From NCBI GenBank assembly GCA_046582655.1, contig JAYGDX010000280.1, positions 64,001 to 128,000 of the forward strand: a DNA stretch of 64,000 nt, given 5' to 3'. This stretch comes from Candidatus Poribacteria bacterium (GTDB taxonomy: Bacteria > Poribacteria > WGA-4E > UBA9662). Under the pieces are notes generated by a model that worked only from the letters and a program-made list of their open reading frames with translations, did not search any database and was not told where the DNA came from. Position 1 is the first letter of the stretch. Every line of letters starts with the position of its first letter. Position numbers and translations under genes: made by a program. Of this stretch, positions 23,357 to 34,133 are shown piece after piece.

Positions 23357-24844
23357 ATGTCCAAACACTCAATTTCACATTCTGGCCGGCGTTTGCTCAG
23401 TCGTCGAACCTTTCTGCAAGATACCAGCAATGGACTGAGTGCGATTGCCATGACTTATTTGCTAAGTAGTCAGGGGCTGTTACCGGCTCAGAATAAGCAG
23501 GTTGCTATTCGACCAGATGTTGATCCGCAGACACCGTTAGCAGCCAGGACACCTCATTTTTCCCCCAAAGCAAAAAAGGTGTTGGTCATATTTTGTTCTG
23601 GAGGATTTAGCCATGTAGATTCATGGGATTATAAACCCGAATTGATCCGTCGGCATAATCAACCCATGCCGGGTGCATCAGACCTGATTACTTTTCAAGG
23701 CGCACAAGGCAACTTAATTCAAAGCCCCTACACTTTTGAGCCTCGAGGTGAGAGTGGAAAATATATTTCTGACCTCGTGCCAAACTTAGCAGAATTAGCC
23801 GACGAAATGTGCTTCATTCATTCCATGACCGCTCTCAAAAACACACATGGACCAGCTGAAAACCAGATGAATACAGGTTTCGCTCTGGATGGGTTTCCCA
23901 GTATGGGGGCTTGGGTATCCTACGCACTCGGCACAGAAAACGAGAATCTGCCAGCATTTGTCTGCATCCCCGATCCCAGGGGTGTACCTCAATCGGGCCC
24001 CAATAATTGGAGCAATGGGTTCTTACCTGCTGTCTTTCAAGGTGCTCCTTTCAACGCAAGTAAGCCCATCTACAATTTAGCTAGGCCAAAAGGAATTAGC
24101 CGAGATAATGACTTGGCAACCTATGATTTCCTGCAGTTTATGAACGATAGACATTTGGAGAAATTCCCTGATGACACTGAACTGAGTGCGCGAGTATCAA
24201 GCTATGAACTAGCTGCTAAGATGCAATTGAGCGTGCCAGATATTAGCGATTTGTCGAAAGAAAGCCCAAGTATCATCAAACTGTATGGCGCGGACGATCC
24301 TGACCCAATTAGAGCCGGTTTTGCACGCAACTGCATTCTGGCCCGGCGTTTATTAGAAAAAGGTGTTCGTTTCGTTCAGTTATTCAACGGTGCTTATGCT
24401 ATGGGAGAAGGCGTTGGAAATTGGGATGGTCATAAAACGCTTAAAGCTCAGTATGACATTCATGCCCCTATTCTTGATAAACCGGCAGCAGCATTACTGC
24501 GAGATTTAAAAGCTCGAGGCTTACTTGATGATACGCTGGTTGTTTGGGCTACCGAGTTTGGTAGAATGCCGACTTTCCAGATGAGCGCGAGCGGCCGTGA
24601 CCACAATCCCTATGGATTTACAACTTGGATGGCTGGAGCTGGAGTCAAACCGGCTTTTTCATATGGTGCGACAGACGAGTTTGGATACCAAGCAGCTGAA
24701 AATGTGGTGACTGTTTATGACTTTCATGCTACGATCCTGCATCTGCTAGGCTTGGATCACACCCAACTTAGTTTCTACCACAATGGGATTGAACGTCGTT
24801 TAACGGATGTGCACGGGCACGTGATTAAAGATATACTTGCTTAG
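23357..24844 (+). CDS. DUF1501 family protein (Tat signal; sulfatase-like fold)
   Basis: [71 protein letters not shown]; typical partner of DUF1553 genes. Confidence 0.92.
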   Translation: MSKHSISHSGRRLLSRRTFLQDTSNGLSAIAMTYLLSSQGLLPAQNKQVAIRPDVDPQTPLAARTPHFSPKAKKVLVIFCSGGFSHVDSWDYKPELIRRHNQPMPGASDLITFQGAQGNLIQSPYTFEPRGESGKYISDLVPNLAELADEMCFIHSMTALKNTHGPAENQMNTGFALDGFPSMGAWVSYALGTENENLPAFVCIPDPRGVPQSGPNNWSNGFLPAVFQGAPFNASKPIYNLARPKGISRDNDLATYDFLQFMNDRHLEKFPDDTELSARVSSYELAAKMQLSVPDISDLSKESPSIIKLYGADDPDPIRAGFARNCILARRLLEKGVRFVQLFNGAYAMGEGVGNWDGHKTLKAQYDIHAPILDKPAAALLRDLKARGLLDDTLVVWATEFGRMPTFQMSASGRDHNPYGFTTWMAGAGVKPAFSYGATDEFGYQAAENVVTVYDFHATILHLLGLDHTQLSFYHNGIERRLTDVHGHVIKDILA

Positions 24845-24871
24845 AATAAACAATTGGAGAAAGAGTTATAG

Positions 24872-25711
24872 ATGGATAATACCGAACAATATGAATTTGA
24901 TAGACAAGGGTTTTTGGTCTTGAAAGATTTTTTGACCTCTCAAGAGGTTGATAAACTTGCACCCGTGGTCAATAGATTGGTAGATCACGGAGAAGAACAC
25001 TACGAACAGGAACCGCGAAAAAAGAGCAAATGGGGACCAAACTACCATGTCAATGCTGAGAACGGATACCATGTTAGTGGTGGGTTGGAACATGGTGAGA
25101 CAATTATTATCGAGGATTTTTTTAATTTTGACCTAGCCTTTGATTTTCTGGTCAATCACCCGAAGACAATGTCTTATATTGCGGGAATCGTACAGGGAGA
25201 AATTGGCATTAATAACTCCGAATTGAGGGTTAGGTATACGAGCAATGCTAGCGGTACTCATGGGGGTGGTCCGACCAATCCCAAATATCGTTATGCTGTC
25301 AATAGCAATGGAATCGACGCTATGATGGTTCGCATGATTTATTTTGTTCAAGATGTTGATGCCGATCAAGGGGCTTTTTGTGTTGTTCCAGGGACCCATA
25401 AGACCAAACTACCAATTCCCTATACATGTTCAGTTGATGAGGAACCTGGGATGATCGGCCTTGAGGTCAAAGCTGGAGACGCTATTCTGTTCACTGAAAA
25501 TTTGCGTCATGGAGGGTTGACCAACCGGTCGGATCAAGTTCGTAAGACTTTGCATGTTGGTTATGGCCCTGCTTGGATGATGTCACAGAACATCTCAACC
25601 ATGGATGAAGTCCCTTACCTCAAACCTGAAACGTGGCATCGGTATGATCAGGGGCAACGCGACCTGTTCCAACCATGGTTAAGAAAAGAGCTGGAATATC
25701 AAAGTCCATAG
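24872..25711 (+). CDS. PhyH-like Fe(II)/2-oxoglutarate enzyme with H-x-G motif, paralog of 17899-18735
   Basis: THGGGP, GAFCVVPGTHK, AGDAILFTENLRHGG, RKTLHVGY. Confidence 0.85.
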   Translation: MDNTEQYEFDRQGFLVLKDFLTSQEVDKLAPVVNRLVDHGEEHYEQEPRKKSKWGPNYHVNAENGYHVSGGLEHGETIIIEDFFNFDLAFDFLVNHPKTMSYIAGIVQGEIGINNSELRVRYTSNASGTHGGGPTNPKYRYAVNSNGIDAMMVRMIYFVQDVDADQGAFCVVPGTHKTKLPIPYTCSVDEEPGMIGLEVKAGDAILFTENLRHGGLTNRSDQVRKTLHVGYGPAWMMSQNISTMDEVPYLKPETWHRYDQGQRDLFQPWLRKELEYQSP

Positions 25712-26007
25712 TATTTTACACTGAATTGTGTACCGTTAAGAATCTTGCCTTAACCATGAATATACCTGCCATTTCTACCATCCCACCATCCACTAGATTT
25801 TGCTGTGATCGAATGAACTCAAAATTATTCTGTCTTAAAGATAGTCAACTCTGATATTATTCATTTTTGTGATTCCAAAATTGGGTTTTTACCCCTTATT
25901 GATTGTTTACTGCGTTTATAAAGTAGTTCTCCACTAACTTTCGAAATTTAGTGCAACTTCCATCAGAGGTATATTGTGCATACAATAATCCACAAGGAGA
26001 GATAAGA

Positions 26008-27939
26008 ATGCGGAATAGATTGAGATTAATCACTTTGTTAGGTCTGGTTGGGATAAATATTATTCTGCTACCTGCATGTAAAGACCAATCAAAGTCACAG
26101 TTGCCGGTCGATTTGCCTCGCCAGGACGTGTTCGTAGTTGACCAGATTTTTCGCTATAGCGTCGTTGAAAACTTTAACCTATGGATGCCGAATATACCAA
26201 GCCCAACTAGACAAGGTCTGATTATGGATTCGCTGTGGTATATCGATCAGGAAACAGGGAACAAGATTAACGCCCTCTCTACTGAGCCGCCTACTTACAA
26301 CCAAGATTTCACCCAGATGACAGTCAAACTTCGCTCAGGGATGTACTGGAGTGATGGCGTGGAATTTACAGCCGACGATCTGGTTTTTACGGTCAATAAC
26401 CTGAAATCACATTTGGGTATGAACTGGTCGACTGAACTGAGTCTCTTCGTTAAGGAGGTTAAAAAAGTCGACAATTATACTGTTATCTTCGAACTTAACG
26501 ATTCCAATCCACGGTTCCACTATTATTTTACTGTTAGATACAATGCGGTCTGGATGCAGCCCAAACACATCTGGAAGAATGTCGATGACCCAATGACGTT
26601 CAAGTTTAATCCTCCGGTTTCACTGGGGGGCTATGAATATGCTGATTCGGATCCGGCAGGTTATTGGGAACTGTTCAAACAGCGAGAGGATTGGCAAAGG
26701 ACTACTGCAGGCATGTTGACCGGAAAACCCGGACCACCCTATATCATGACTGTCTTCTACGGTGGCTCTGAACGCAAAGTGATGGCTATGGCTAGGCATG
26801 AACTTGACTTGTTTATGAACGTAGATTATGAAGCATTTCAAGCTGTGCTGAAGAAAACCCCAACGGCACGTTCCTGGTACAAAGAATTCCCTTGGGCTTA
26901 TCCCAACGAGTTAAGTGGCCGTTACTTTGGTTTTAACCTCGGCCGTAAAACAGTTTTCACCAATAAGGACGTCCGTTGGGCATTGACGCTAGCATTAGAT
27001 ATCGTTGACCTACAAACGGAATATATCGGTGGAGTAGCACGAGTTACTGCTATTCCTCATCCAGCTACTCCAATCCAAATGGAACTGTACCACAACCCAT
27101 TGGAATCATGGTTGAAAGAATTTCAAATTGAGATTGAAGAGGGAATATTCTACCATCCATACGACGATGCAGTGACGGAACGAATTGCTGCTTGGGCACA
27201 AAAACAAGGATACTCAGTCCCTTCAGATGCCAAAGAATTGCGGTTGCTGTTTGGTACCGGGTGGTGGAAACATGATCCGAAAATTGCAGAACGATTATTG
27301 CTCAAGAGTGGCTTTACTCGCAATACAAACGGCAAATGGCTGACTCCTGATGGGGAACTGTGGACGATTAAGATGATCGTCGCCCCAGACGAAGTAGATA
27401 TTTATCGGTTGGCCATCGGAGCTCAGGATCAATGGGCAGATTTCGGCCTCAAACTGGAAATAGAGACGTTACAAAGAGATCCCTATTCAACTCGCAACTA
27501 TATGGGAGAGTTCGAATCCATCTCCAGTTGGGGAAATGCTTCTAGTGGAGACGCTACGGCCGATAAATGGCAGGCTATCTTTGGACTACACTCACAGTTC
27601 TATACGCCTAATGGTAAATCCACAGCAGCCAGAGGAAGCATCGACACACTCAGAATAAAATCCAAAGAGGTAGATCTAATTATTGACGAATTGGGTGAAA
27701 TCCATCCGGAGGATGACCGAGTTGTTGAATTGGGTCATGACTTCATGAAGCTATGGGTTGAAAACATGTTCTCAATTACTACCATTAGTTTTAAGAAGTT
27801 TGTTACTACTGATACGTACTATTGGACTGGTTTTCCAACCAGTGAAAATGCTTTCGTGCAACCACTCTACTGGTTTGGAGGAGGACGATTTACCTTTCAG
27901 CATGTGGAATCAGCAATTCGAAACAAATCTGAACGGTAA
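26008..27939 (+). CDS. Family-5 ABC transporter substrate-binding lipoprotein (copy 1)
   Basis: Lipobox LLPAC; KLRSGMYWSDGVEFTADDLVFT; RBS AAGGAG before ATG 26008. Confidence 0.92.
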   Translation: MRNRLRLITLLGLVGINIILLPACKDQSKSQLPVDLPRQDVFVVDQIFRYSVVENFNLWMPNIPSPTRQGLIMDSLWYIDQETGNKINALSTEPPTYNQDFTQMTVKLRSGMYWSDGVEFTADDLVFTVNNLKSHLGMNWSTELSLFVKEVKKVDNYTVIFELNDSNPRFHYYFTVRYNAVWMQPKHIWKNVDDPMTFKFNPPVSLGGYEYADSDPAGYWELFKQREDWQRTTAGMLTGKPGPPYIMTVFYGGSERKVMAMARHELDLFMNVDYEAFQAVLKKTPTARSWYKEFPWAYPNELSGRYFGFNLGRKTVFTNKDVRWALTLALDIVDLQTEYIGGVARVTAIPHPATPIQMELYHNPLESWLKEFQIEIEEGIFYHPYDDAVTERIAAWAQKQGYSVPSDAKELRLLFGTGWWKHDPKIAERLLLKSGFTRNTNGKWLTPDGELWTIKMIVAPDEVDIYRLAIGAQDQWADFGLKLEIETLQRDPYSTRNYMGEFESISSWGNASSGDATADKWQAIFGLHSQFYTPNGKSTAARGSIDTLRIKSKEVDLIIDELGEIHPEDDRVVELGHDFMKLWVENMFSITTISFKKFVTTDTYYWTGFPTSENAFVQPLYWFGGGRFTFQHVESAIRNKSER

Positions 27940-28084
27940 TGAGAAAACTATGGAAAGGAATTTCAGCATAGTTAGTATACAGGTCTTGTATCATATATCT
28001 GCACCGAAAGGCACACCAACCAAACAAGCAGTAACCACTTGACCAAGATCCAACAAAATATCAAATTAAAGAAAGAAGATAAGA

Positions 28085-30016
28085 ATGCAAAATAGATCGA
28101 AATTAATAATTCTGTTAGGTCTGGTTGGAATAAATATTATCCTGCTAACTGCATGTAAAGATCGATTGAAGTCACAGTTGCCAGTCGATTTACCTCGTCA
28201 AGACATATTGGTAGTTGACCAGATTTTTCGTTACAGCGTCGTTGAGAACTTTAACCTGTGGATGCCGGGGATACCAAACCCAACTAAACAAGGTCTGATT
28301 ATGGATTCACTGTGGTATATCGACCAAGAAACGGGTAAGCAGATCAACTCTCTCTCTACTGAGCCGCCTACTTACAATCAAGATTTCACTCAGATGACAG
28401 TCAAACTTCGCTCGGGGGTATACTGGAGTGACGGGGTGGAATTTACAGCCGATGACCTGGTTTTTACAGTCAATAATCTAAAATCAAATCCAGGTATGCT
28501 CTGGTCAACTGAACTCGAACTCTTCGTTAAAGAGGTCAAAAAAGTCGACAAGTACACTGTTATCTTTGAACTTAAAGATTCCAATCCACGATTCCACTAT
28601 CAATTTACTGTTAGATATAATGCAGTCTGGATGCAACCCAAACACATCTGGCAGAATGTTGAGGATCCAATGACGTTCAAGTTCAATCCTCCGGTTTCAC
28701 TGGGGGCCTACGAATACGCTGATTCGGATCCATCAGGCTACTGGGAACTATTTAAACGAAGGAAGGATTGGGAAAGGACTACTCCAGGCATATTGACCGG
28801 GAAACCTGGTCCCCCCTATATCATGTCGGTTTTTTATGGTGATAGTGGACGCAAGGCCATGGCCATAATCAGACACGAACTTGATATGGTGCAAAATGTG
28901 GATTACGAAGCATTTCAAGCGATACTAAAAAAAGCGCCGACGGCTAGATCCTGGTACAAAGAATTCCCCTGGGCTTACCCTAATGAACAGAGTGCCCGTT
29001 ACTTTGGCTTTAATCTCGGCAGCGAAACGGTTTTCACCAACAAAGACGTCCGTTGGGCATTGACCCTAGCATTAGATATCGTTGACCTACAAACGGAATA
29101 TATCGGTGGAGTAGCACGAGTTACTGCTATCCCTCACCCAGCGAGTCCCCCCCAAATGGAACTGTACCACAACCCATTGGAATCATGGTTGAAAGAATTG
29201 CAAATTGAGATTGAAGAAGGAACATTCTACCATCCATACGACGATGCGGTGCCAAAGAAGATTGCTGCTTGGGCACAAAAACAAGGATACTCAGTCCCTT
29301 CGGATGCTAAAGAACTGCGGTTGCTGTTTGGTACCGGGTGGTGGAAACATGACCCAGAAATTGCAGAACGATTATTGCTTAAAAATGGCTTTACTCGCAA
29401 TACAAACGGCAAATGGCTAACTCCTGATGGGGAACTGTGGACGATTAAGATGATCGTCGCCCCAGACGAGGTAGAAATATACCGGTTGGCCATCGGAGCT
29501 CAGGATCAATGGGCAAATTTCGGTCTCAAACTGGAAATAGAAACATTACAAAGAGATCCATATTATAATCGCAATTTGATGGGAGAGTTTGAAGCTATCT
29601 CCAGTTGGTCAAATGCTTCTGATGGAGACGCTACTGCCGATAAATGGAAGGCTATCTTCGGATTACACTCACAGTTTTATACACCTAATGGTAAATCCAC
29701 AGCCACCACAGGAAGCACCAACACCCTGAGAGTAAAATCCAAAGAGATGGATCTGATTATTGATGAACTGGACCAAATCCATCCAGAGGATGACCGAGTT
29801 GTTGAATTGGGTCGTGAATTCATGAAGCTATGGGTTGAAAACATGTTCTCGATTATTACTATTAGTTTCAAGAACTTTACAACGGTTGATCAATATTATT
29901 GGACTGGTTTCCCAACTAATGAAAACCCCTTCGTGCAACCGCTCTATTGGTTTGGAGGGGGACGTTTCACTTTTCAGCATGTGGAACCCGCGGCTGGAAA
30001 CATACCTAAGCAATAA
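28085..30016 (+). CDS. Family-5 ABC transporter substrate-binding lipoprotein (copy 2)
   Basis: Lipobox LLTAC; same length (643 aa) as copy 1 and highly similar. Confidence 0.92.
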   Translation: MQNRSKLIILLGLVGINIILLTACKDRLKSQLPVDLPRQDILVVDQIFRYSVVENFNLWMPGIPNPTKQGLIMDSLWYIDQETGKQINSLSTEPPTYNQDFTQMTVKLRSGVYWSDGVEFTADDLVFTVNNLKSNPGMLWSTELELFVKEVKKVDKYTVIFELKDSNPRFHYQFTVRYNAVWMQPKHIWQNVEDPMTFKFNPPVSLGAYEYADSDPSGYWELFKRRKDWERTTPGILTGKPGPPYIMSVFYGDSGRKAMAIIRHELDMVQNVDYEAFQAILKKAPTARSWYKEFPWAYPNEQSARYFGFNLGSETVFTNKDVRWALTLALDIVDLQTEYIGGVARVTAIPHPASPPQMELYHNPLESWLKELQIEIEEGTFYHPYDDAVPKKIAAWAQKQGYSVPSDAKELRLLFGTGWWKHDPEIAERLLLKNGFTRNTNGKWLTPDGELWTIKMIVAPDEVEIYRLAIGAQDQWANFGLKLEIETLQRDPYYNRNLMGEFEAISSWSNASDGDATADKWKAIFGLHSQFYTPNGKSTATTGSTNTLRVKSKEMDLIIDELDQIHPEDDRVVELGREFMKLWVENMFSIITISFKNFTTVDQYYWTGFPTNENPFVQPLYWFGGGRFTFQHVEPAAGNIPKQ

Positions 30017-30031
30017 AAAAGGAAACAGCCC

Positions 30032-31030
30032 ATGAATCTTCTAAAAAGCTATTTTTTGCCCAGACTTTCCCAATGGCTAATCACTATTTTTGTTGGGGTA
30101 ACAGTAACATTTATTCTCCCCAGGCTTCTTCCAACTGACCCTGTTGAGAGAACGCTAAGTACACTTAGCAGTCTTCAAACCATGGATCCAAGAGCTGTAG
30201 AAAGCCTGAAGGAAGCATTAGAAGATCTATACGGTTTAGGTGGAAGTTCTGTTGAACAATACATCAACTATTGGAAGAGACTCATTCGGGGTGATTTAGG
30301 ACCATCGATGAGTGCTTTCCCAACCCCAGTTATAGAAATTATTGGTGCAGGATTGCCATGGACAGTGGGATTGTTGACCTGTACTATCTTCATCTCCTGG
30401 GTTCTAGGTATTGTCTTAGGCACACTAGCCGGTTACCTTCCCAACAAGCTATGGTGCCAAGTTATGGATAAGATCTTTATTTCGATTTATCCAATTCCTT
30501 ATTACATTCTAGCCTTAATTTTGGTTATGGTATTTTGCTACCATTTCCAGGTCTTCCCACTTGTTGGTGGAGCCTCAGGAAAACCTGGGATCAGTTGGTC
30601 TTACCTCAGCAGCATATTGTGGCATAGCTTTCTACCAGCGACTTCGCTGATTGTGGGATCGACCGCCTTTAGATTCATCATGGCCAAGGCCTTAACTTCC
30701 ACCATCATTGCCAGCGATTACGTAAACTATGCTGAAACCGCTGGATTGTCGAGATGGCGAATCGTTTTGTTCTATATAATTAGAAATACTTTGTTGCCTC
30801 ACGCCACCGATTTGGGACTATCACTAGGAGGGATTTTTAGTGGAACAATGATCACCGAGGTTGTTTTCAGCTATCCTGGCATTGGTTATTCACTCTACAT
30901 GGGTCTTCTTCAGGCAGACTTTAATCTCATCTTGGGAATAACGGTATTTTCCATTGTCGGAATTGCCACAGCTGCTTTACTGGTAGACTTAAGTTATCCT
31001 CTTCTCGATCCTAGGGTAAGATACAAATAA
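30032..31030 (+). CDS. ABC transporter permease (OppB/DppB-like)
   Basis: FILPRLLPTDP, GDLGPS, DYVNYAETAGL, TEVVFSYPGIG, LDPRVR. Confidence 0.92.
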   Translation: MNLLKSYFLPRLSQWLITIFVGVTVTFILPRLLPTDPVERTLSTLSSLQTMDPRAVESLKEALEDLYGLGGSSVEQYINYWKRLIRGDLGPSMSAFPTPVIEIIGAGLPWTVGLLTCTIFISWVLGIVLGTLAGYLPNKLWCQVMDKIFISIYPIPYYILALILVMVFCYHFQVFPLVGGASGKPGISWSYLSSILWHSFLPATSLIVGSTAFRFIMAKALTSTIIASDYVNYAETAGLSRWRIVLFYIIRNTLLPHATDLGLSLGGIFSGTMITEVVFSYPGIGYSLYMGLLQADFNLILGITVFSIVGIATAALLVDLSYPLLDPRVRYK

Positions 31031-31032
31031 TA

Positions 31033-31884
31033 ATGAAAATTATAAGAGACTTATTTAAGTACCATCTATCGTTCCGTTTTGGTGCCATTATTTTTCTACT
31101 CATCCTCCTGCTGGCGACACTTTCTTTTTTTTCACCCCATGAGGCAGCGAAGCGTCGCGTAGTACCTAAGAATGAAGCACCATCTTTTGACCATATATTT
31201 GGCACCACATCCTTGGGACAGGATGTTTTCTGGATATTGACATTTGCTATTAGGAACACGCTTATAATTGCTGGTCTGGCCGTACTGATTAGCAGATCAA
31301 TCGCGGTGATTTTAGGATCTTTTTCCGGGTATGTAGGAGGAACAACCGACAGGATATTGCAGTCTATCGTCGACAGCTTTATCGTTATCCCCCGATTGCC
31401 TCTTTTAATTCTTATCTCTTTTGTTTTAAAGGGAGAATTGAGTTTCTTGCATTTAGCCTTGATTTTAGGATTCCTTGATATCGCCTGGCCCTCTAAACGC
31501 TATCGATCCCAAATCCTTAGTTTACGCGAACAGGAATTCACCTATACAGCAGTTTTCTCAGGCATGAATACATTTAAAGTCATTCTAAAAGAGCATTTCC
31601 CATTTTTTATTCCTTATCTGCTGGCCGACGCAGTCAGCGGGTTTCTATGGGCGATTGGAATTGAAATCACGCTGGCGGTTCTGGGGCTATGTGACCTGAC
31701 AACCCCAACTATTGGCACCATGATCTATTGGGGAAATTACTATCAAGCACTATTGATGCAAAGATTCTGGGTGCTAGCGGCACCAGTTGTTACTTCTATA
31801 TTCATTGTAGTTGCATTTCATTTAATCTCAACAAGCCTCAGTGAATACCTTGATCCTCGGACAAGATTGAAGCGTTTGGGATAG
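31033..31884 (+). CDS. ABC transporter permease (OppC/DppC-like)
   Basis: HIFGTTSLGQDVF, RSQILSLREQEF, PTIGTMI, LDPR. Confidence 0.92.
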   Translation: MKIIRDLFKYHLSFRFGAIIFLLILLLATLSFFSPHEAAKRRVVPKNEAPSFDHIFGTTSLGQDVFWILTFAIRNTLIIAGLAVLISRSIAVILGSFSGYVGGTTDRILQSIVDSFIVIPRLPLLILISFVLKGELSFLHLALILGFLDIAWPSKRYRSQILSLREQEFTYTAVFSGMNTFKVILKEHFPFFIPYLLADAVSGFLWAIGIEITLAVLGLCDLTTPTIGTMIYWGNYYQALLMQRFWVLAAPVVTSIFIVVAFHLISTSLSEYLDPRTRLKRLG

Positions 31885-31895
31885 GAGGATAGTTT

Positions 31896-32885
31896 ATGTC
31901 GATGATTGCCGAAGCTAAACATCTTAAAGCTTACTATATCACCCAATCTTATGGCGTTGAACGTACTGTCAAGGCTGTTGATGATATTTCCATTGGAATT
32001 AGGGAGAAAGAGGTGCTCGGCATTGCTGGAGAGTCGGGTTGCGGAAAGTCAACATTACTCAAGGTTCTCCTAGGTGCAATTGATCCGCCATTAAGGATTA
32101 TCGATGGGACTATGCAATATGAATTTGCTCAGGACAGTTACAATGTATTTTCAATGTCTAAGGACGAAATCAAGCAGACAAGGTGGACGCAAGTTTCATA
32201 TATTCCGCAAGGTTCGATGCATGTCCTTAATCCTGTGCGCAGAGTCAGTGATACTTTTCACGACTTCATTGCAACACACCGAGATCTAGGCAGAAGTGAG
32301 ACTGCTAAATTGGCTCGAGATTATTTGCAAAAACTAGGATTGCCTGAACAAGTAATGAGTGTCTATCCTCACCAGCTTTCTGGTGGAATGCGGCAACGTG
32401 TAACGATTGCTCTAGCTACAATTCTTTCTCCTAAGCTCGTTTTGGCCGATGAACCGACGACTGCGCTGGATGTCCTGGTACAACGAGGAGTTGTCCAGTT
32501 ACTGAAGGAAATTCAACAGCGTGAAGGAAGTACATTGGTGCTTGTGTCCCATGATATGGGAGTGCACGCCAACCTAGCGGACCGTATAGCTATTCTATAC
32601 GCTGGAAAATTAGTAGAAGAAGCTGAAACTCAACGCATTTTCAAAACCCCCCAGCACCCATATACACAGTACCTGATAGAATCACTGCCGCGCCTGGGTG
32701 ACAAAACGGAAAGATCAAGTATTCCAGGTAGACCACCAGCCTTGGATAATCCACCGGAAGGATGTAGATTCCATCCACGTTGTCCTCATGCCATGGATGT
32801 TTGTACCAAAGAAGTACCACCTTTGGTTAATATTGGAGATGGACATAAGACGGCTTGCTTTTTAGTTTCAGAGGAGAAAAAATGA
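31896..32885 (+). CDS. ABC transporter ATP-binding protein (OppD/DppD-like)
   Basis: GESGCGKST, YPHQLSGGMRQR, ADEPTTALDV, GCRFHPRC. Confidence 0.95.
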   Translation: MSMIAEAKHLKAYYITQSYGVERTVKAVDDISIGIREKEVLGIAGESGCGKSTLLKVLLGAIDPPLRIIDGTMQYEFAQDSYNVFSMSKDEIKQTRWTQVSYIPQGSMHVLNPVRRVSDTFHDFIATHRDLGRSETAKLARDYLQKLGLPEQVMSVYPHQLSGGMRQRVTIALATILSPKLVLADEPTTALDVLVQRGVVQLLKEIQQREGSTLVLVSHDMGVHANLADRIAILYAGKLVEEAETQRIFKTPQHPYTQYLIESLPRLGDKTERSSIPGRPPALDNPPEGCRFHPRCPHAMDVCTKEVPPLVNIGDGHKTACFLVSEEKK

Positions 32886-33877
32886 ACTGCGGTGCTGATG
32901 AAAATTTGTTGGACATCGAAAATTTAACAAAGGTTTTCAGCCTGCGCCAGGGGTTTTCCACCACCAAGTTGGTTGCTGTTGACAAAGCTAGCTTTTTCCT
33001 GAAAGCGACCAAGCCAGAAATCGTCGCTCTGGCTGGAGAAAGCGGGAGCGGAAAAACAACCGTGGCCAGAATGATCCTTGGTCTGGCTGAACCAACAAGT
33101 GGAATAATACGCTATAAAGGTAAGGATCTCACACAGTTAACACACCGAGAAAGGCGTTCATGGTTTTTAAAGGAAGTCCAACCGATATTCCAGAATCCGT
33201 TTACCACTTTCAGTCCATTGAAACGTATTGAAACCTATTTGTTCGAAACAGCTTTTAACTATCATGTTGTTGAGAAAGAAAATGTAAATCAATATGTAGA
33301 CGATGTCTTGGGTTTGGTTGGGCTCTCTTTAGTTGAGATCTTAGGAAGATATCCAAATGAACTTTCTGGTGGTCAAGTGCAACGTGTATCAGTTGCCAGA
33401 GCACTCATCACAAACCCTTCTCTTCTTGTAGCAGATGAACCAGTTTCAATGGTCGACGCCTCGCTAAGAATGTCCATTGTTAATCTATTTAGGAAGCTAA
33501 GAGATGAAAAGGCTGTTAGTGTATTGTATATCACCCATGATCTAGCGACCGCATATTATGCGGCTGACCGGGTTGCCATCATGCTCGGAGGCTGGATTGT
33601 AGAATCTGGTTCAGTAGAAAAGGTATTGGGACACCCACTTCATCCCTATACCCGGAGCCTGAAGCAATCTATTCCAGATCCAGACCCAGATCGAAAATGG
33701 GAAGGCCGAGTAAATCTTGCTATCCTTGAAACAGATGAATTCGTGAACATGGGATGCAAGTATGCTAGTAGATGTTCTGAAGCAATGGAAATCTGCAAGC
33801 AAAAAATTCCAGCAGACTTTCTAGTAGAGGAGAGAACAGTCAAGTGTTTCTTGTACGAAGACAATAATCAGGCTTAG
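32882..33877 (+). CDS. ABC transporter ATP-binding protein (OppF/DppF-like)
   Basis: GESGSGKTT, YPNELSGGQVQR, ADEPVSMVDAS, HPYT; ATGA overlap with the upstream gene. Confidence 0.95.
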   Translation: MNCGADENLLDIENLTKVFSLRQGFSTTKLVAVDKASFFLKATKPEIVALAGESGSGKTTVARMILGLAEPTSGIIRYKGKDLTQLTHRERRSWFLKEVQPIFQNPFTTFSPLKRIETYLFETAFNYHVVEKENVNQYVDDVLGLVGLSLVEILGRYPNELSGGQVQRVSVARALITNPSLLVADEPVSMVDASLRMSIVNLFRKLRDEKAVSVLYITHDLATAYYAADRVAIMLGGWIVESGSVEKVLGHPLHPYTRSLKQSIPDPDPDRKWEGRVNLAILETDEFVNMGCKYASRCSEAMEICKQKIPADFLVEERTVKCFLYEDNNQA

Positions 33878-34133
33878 ACAGTTTGGTAGATTAGTATAGA
33901 GGTCAAGGACTGGGAGCATTCTGATTTTTTTAAGTCTCGAGTGAAAAAGGAACAATGCTGAACGATTTCGGGGTTGGAGGTTTTCGGGTTTACGGCTACG
34001 AGTTAGGACATTTCAACTGAAAACCTTACCAATTGGAATGACCAGATTAAGTGAAAAAACACTTGTCAGGTAAGTTGCAAGATTATCGTGTTATAATCCA
34101 ACGGGATTTCAAAAGTGTTAGTATAGGAAGTTT

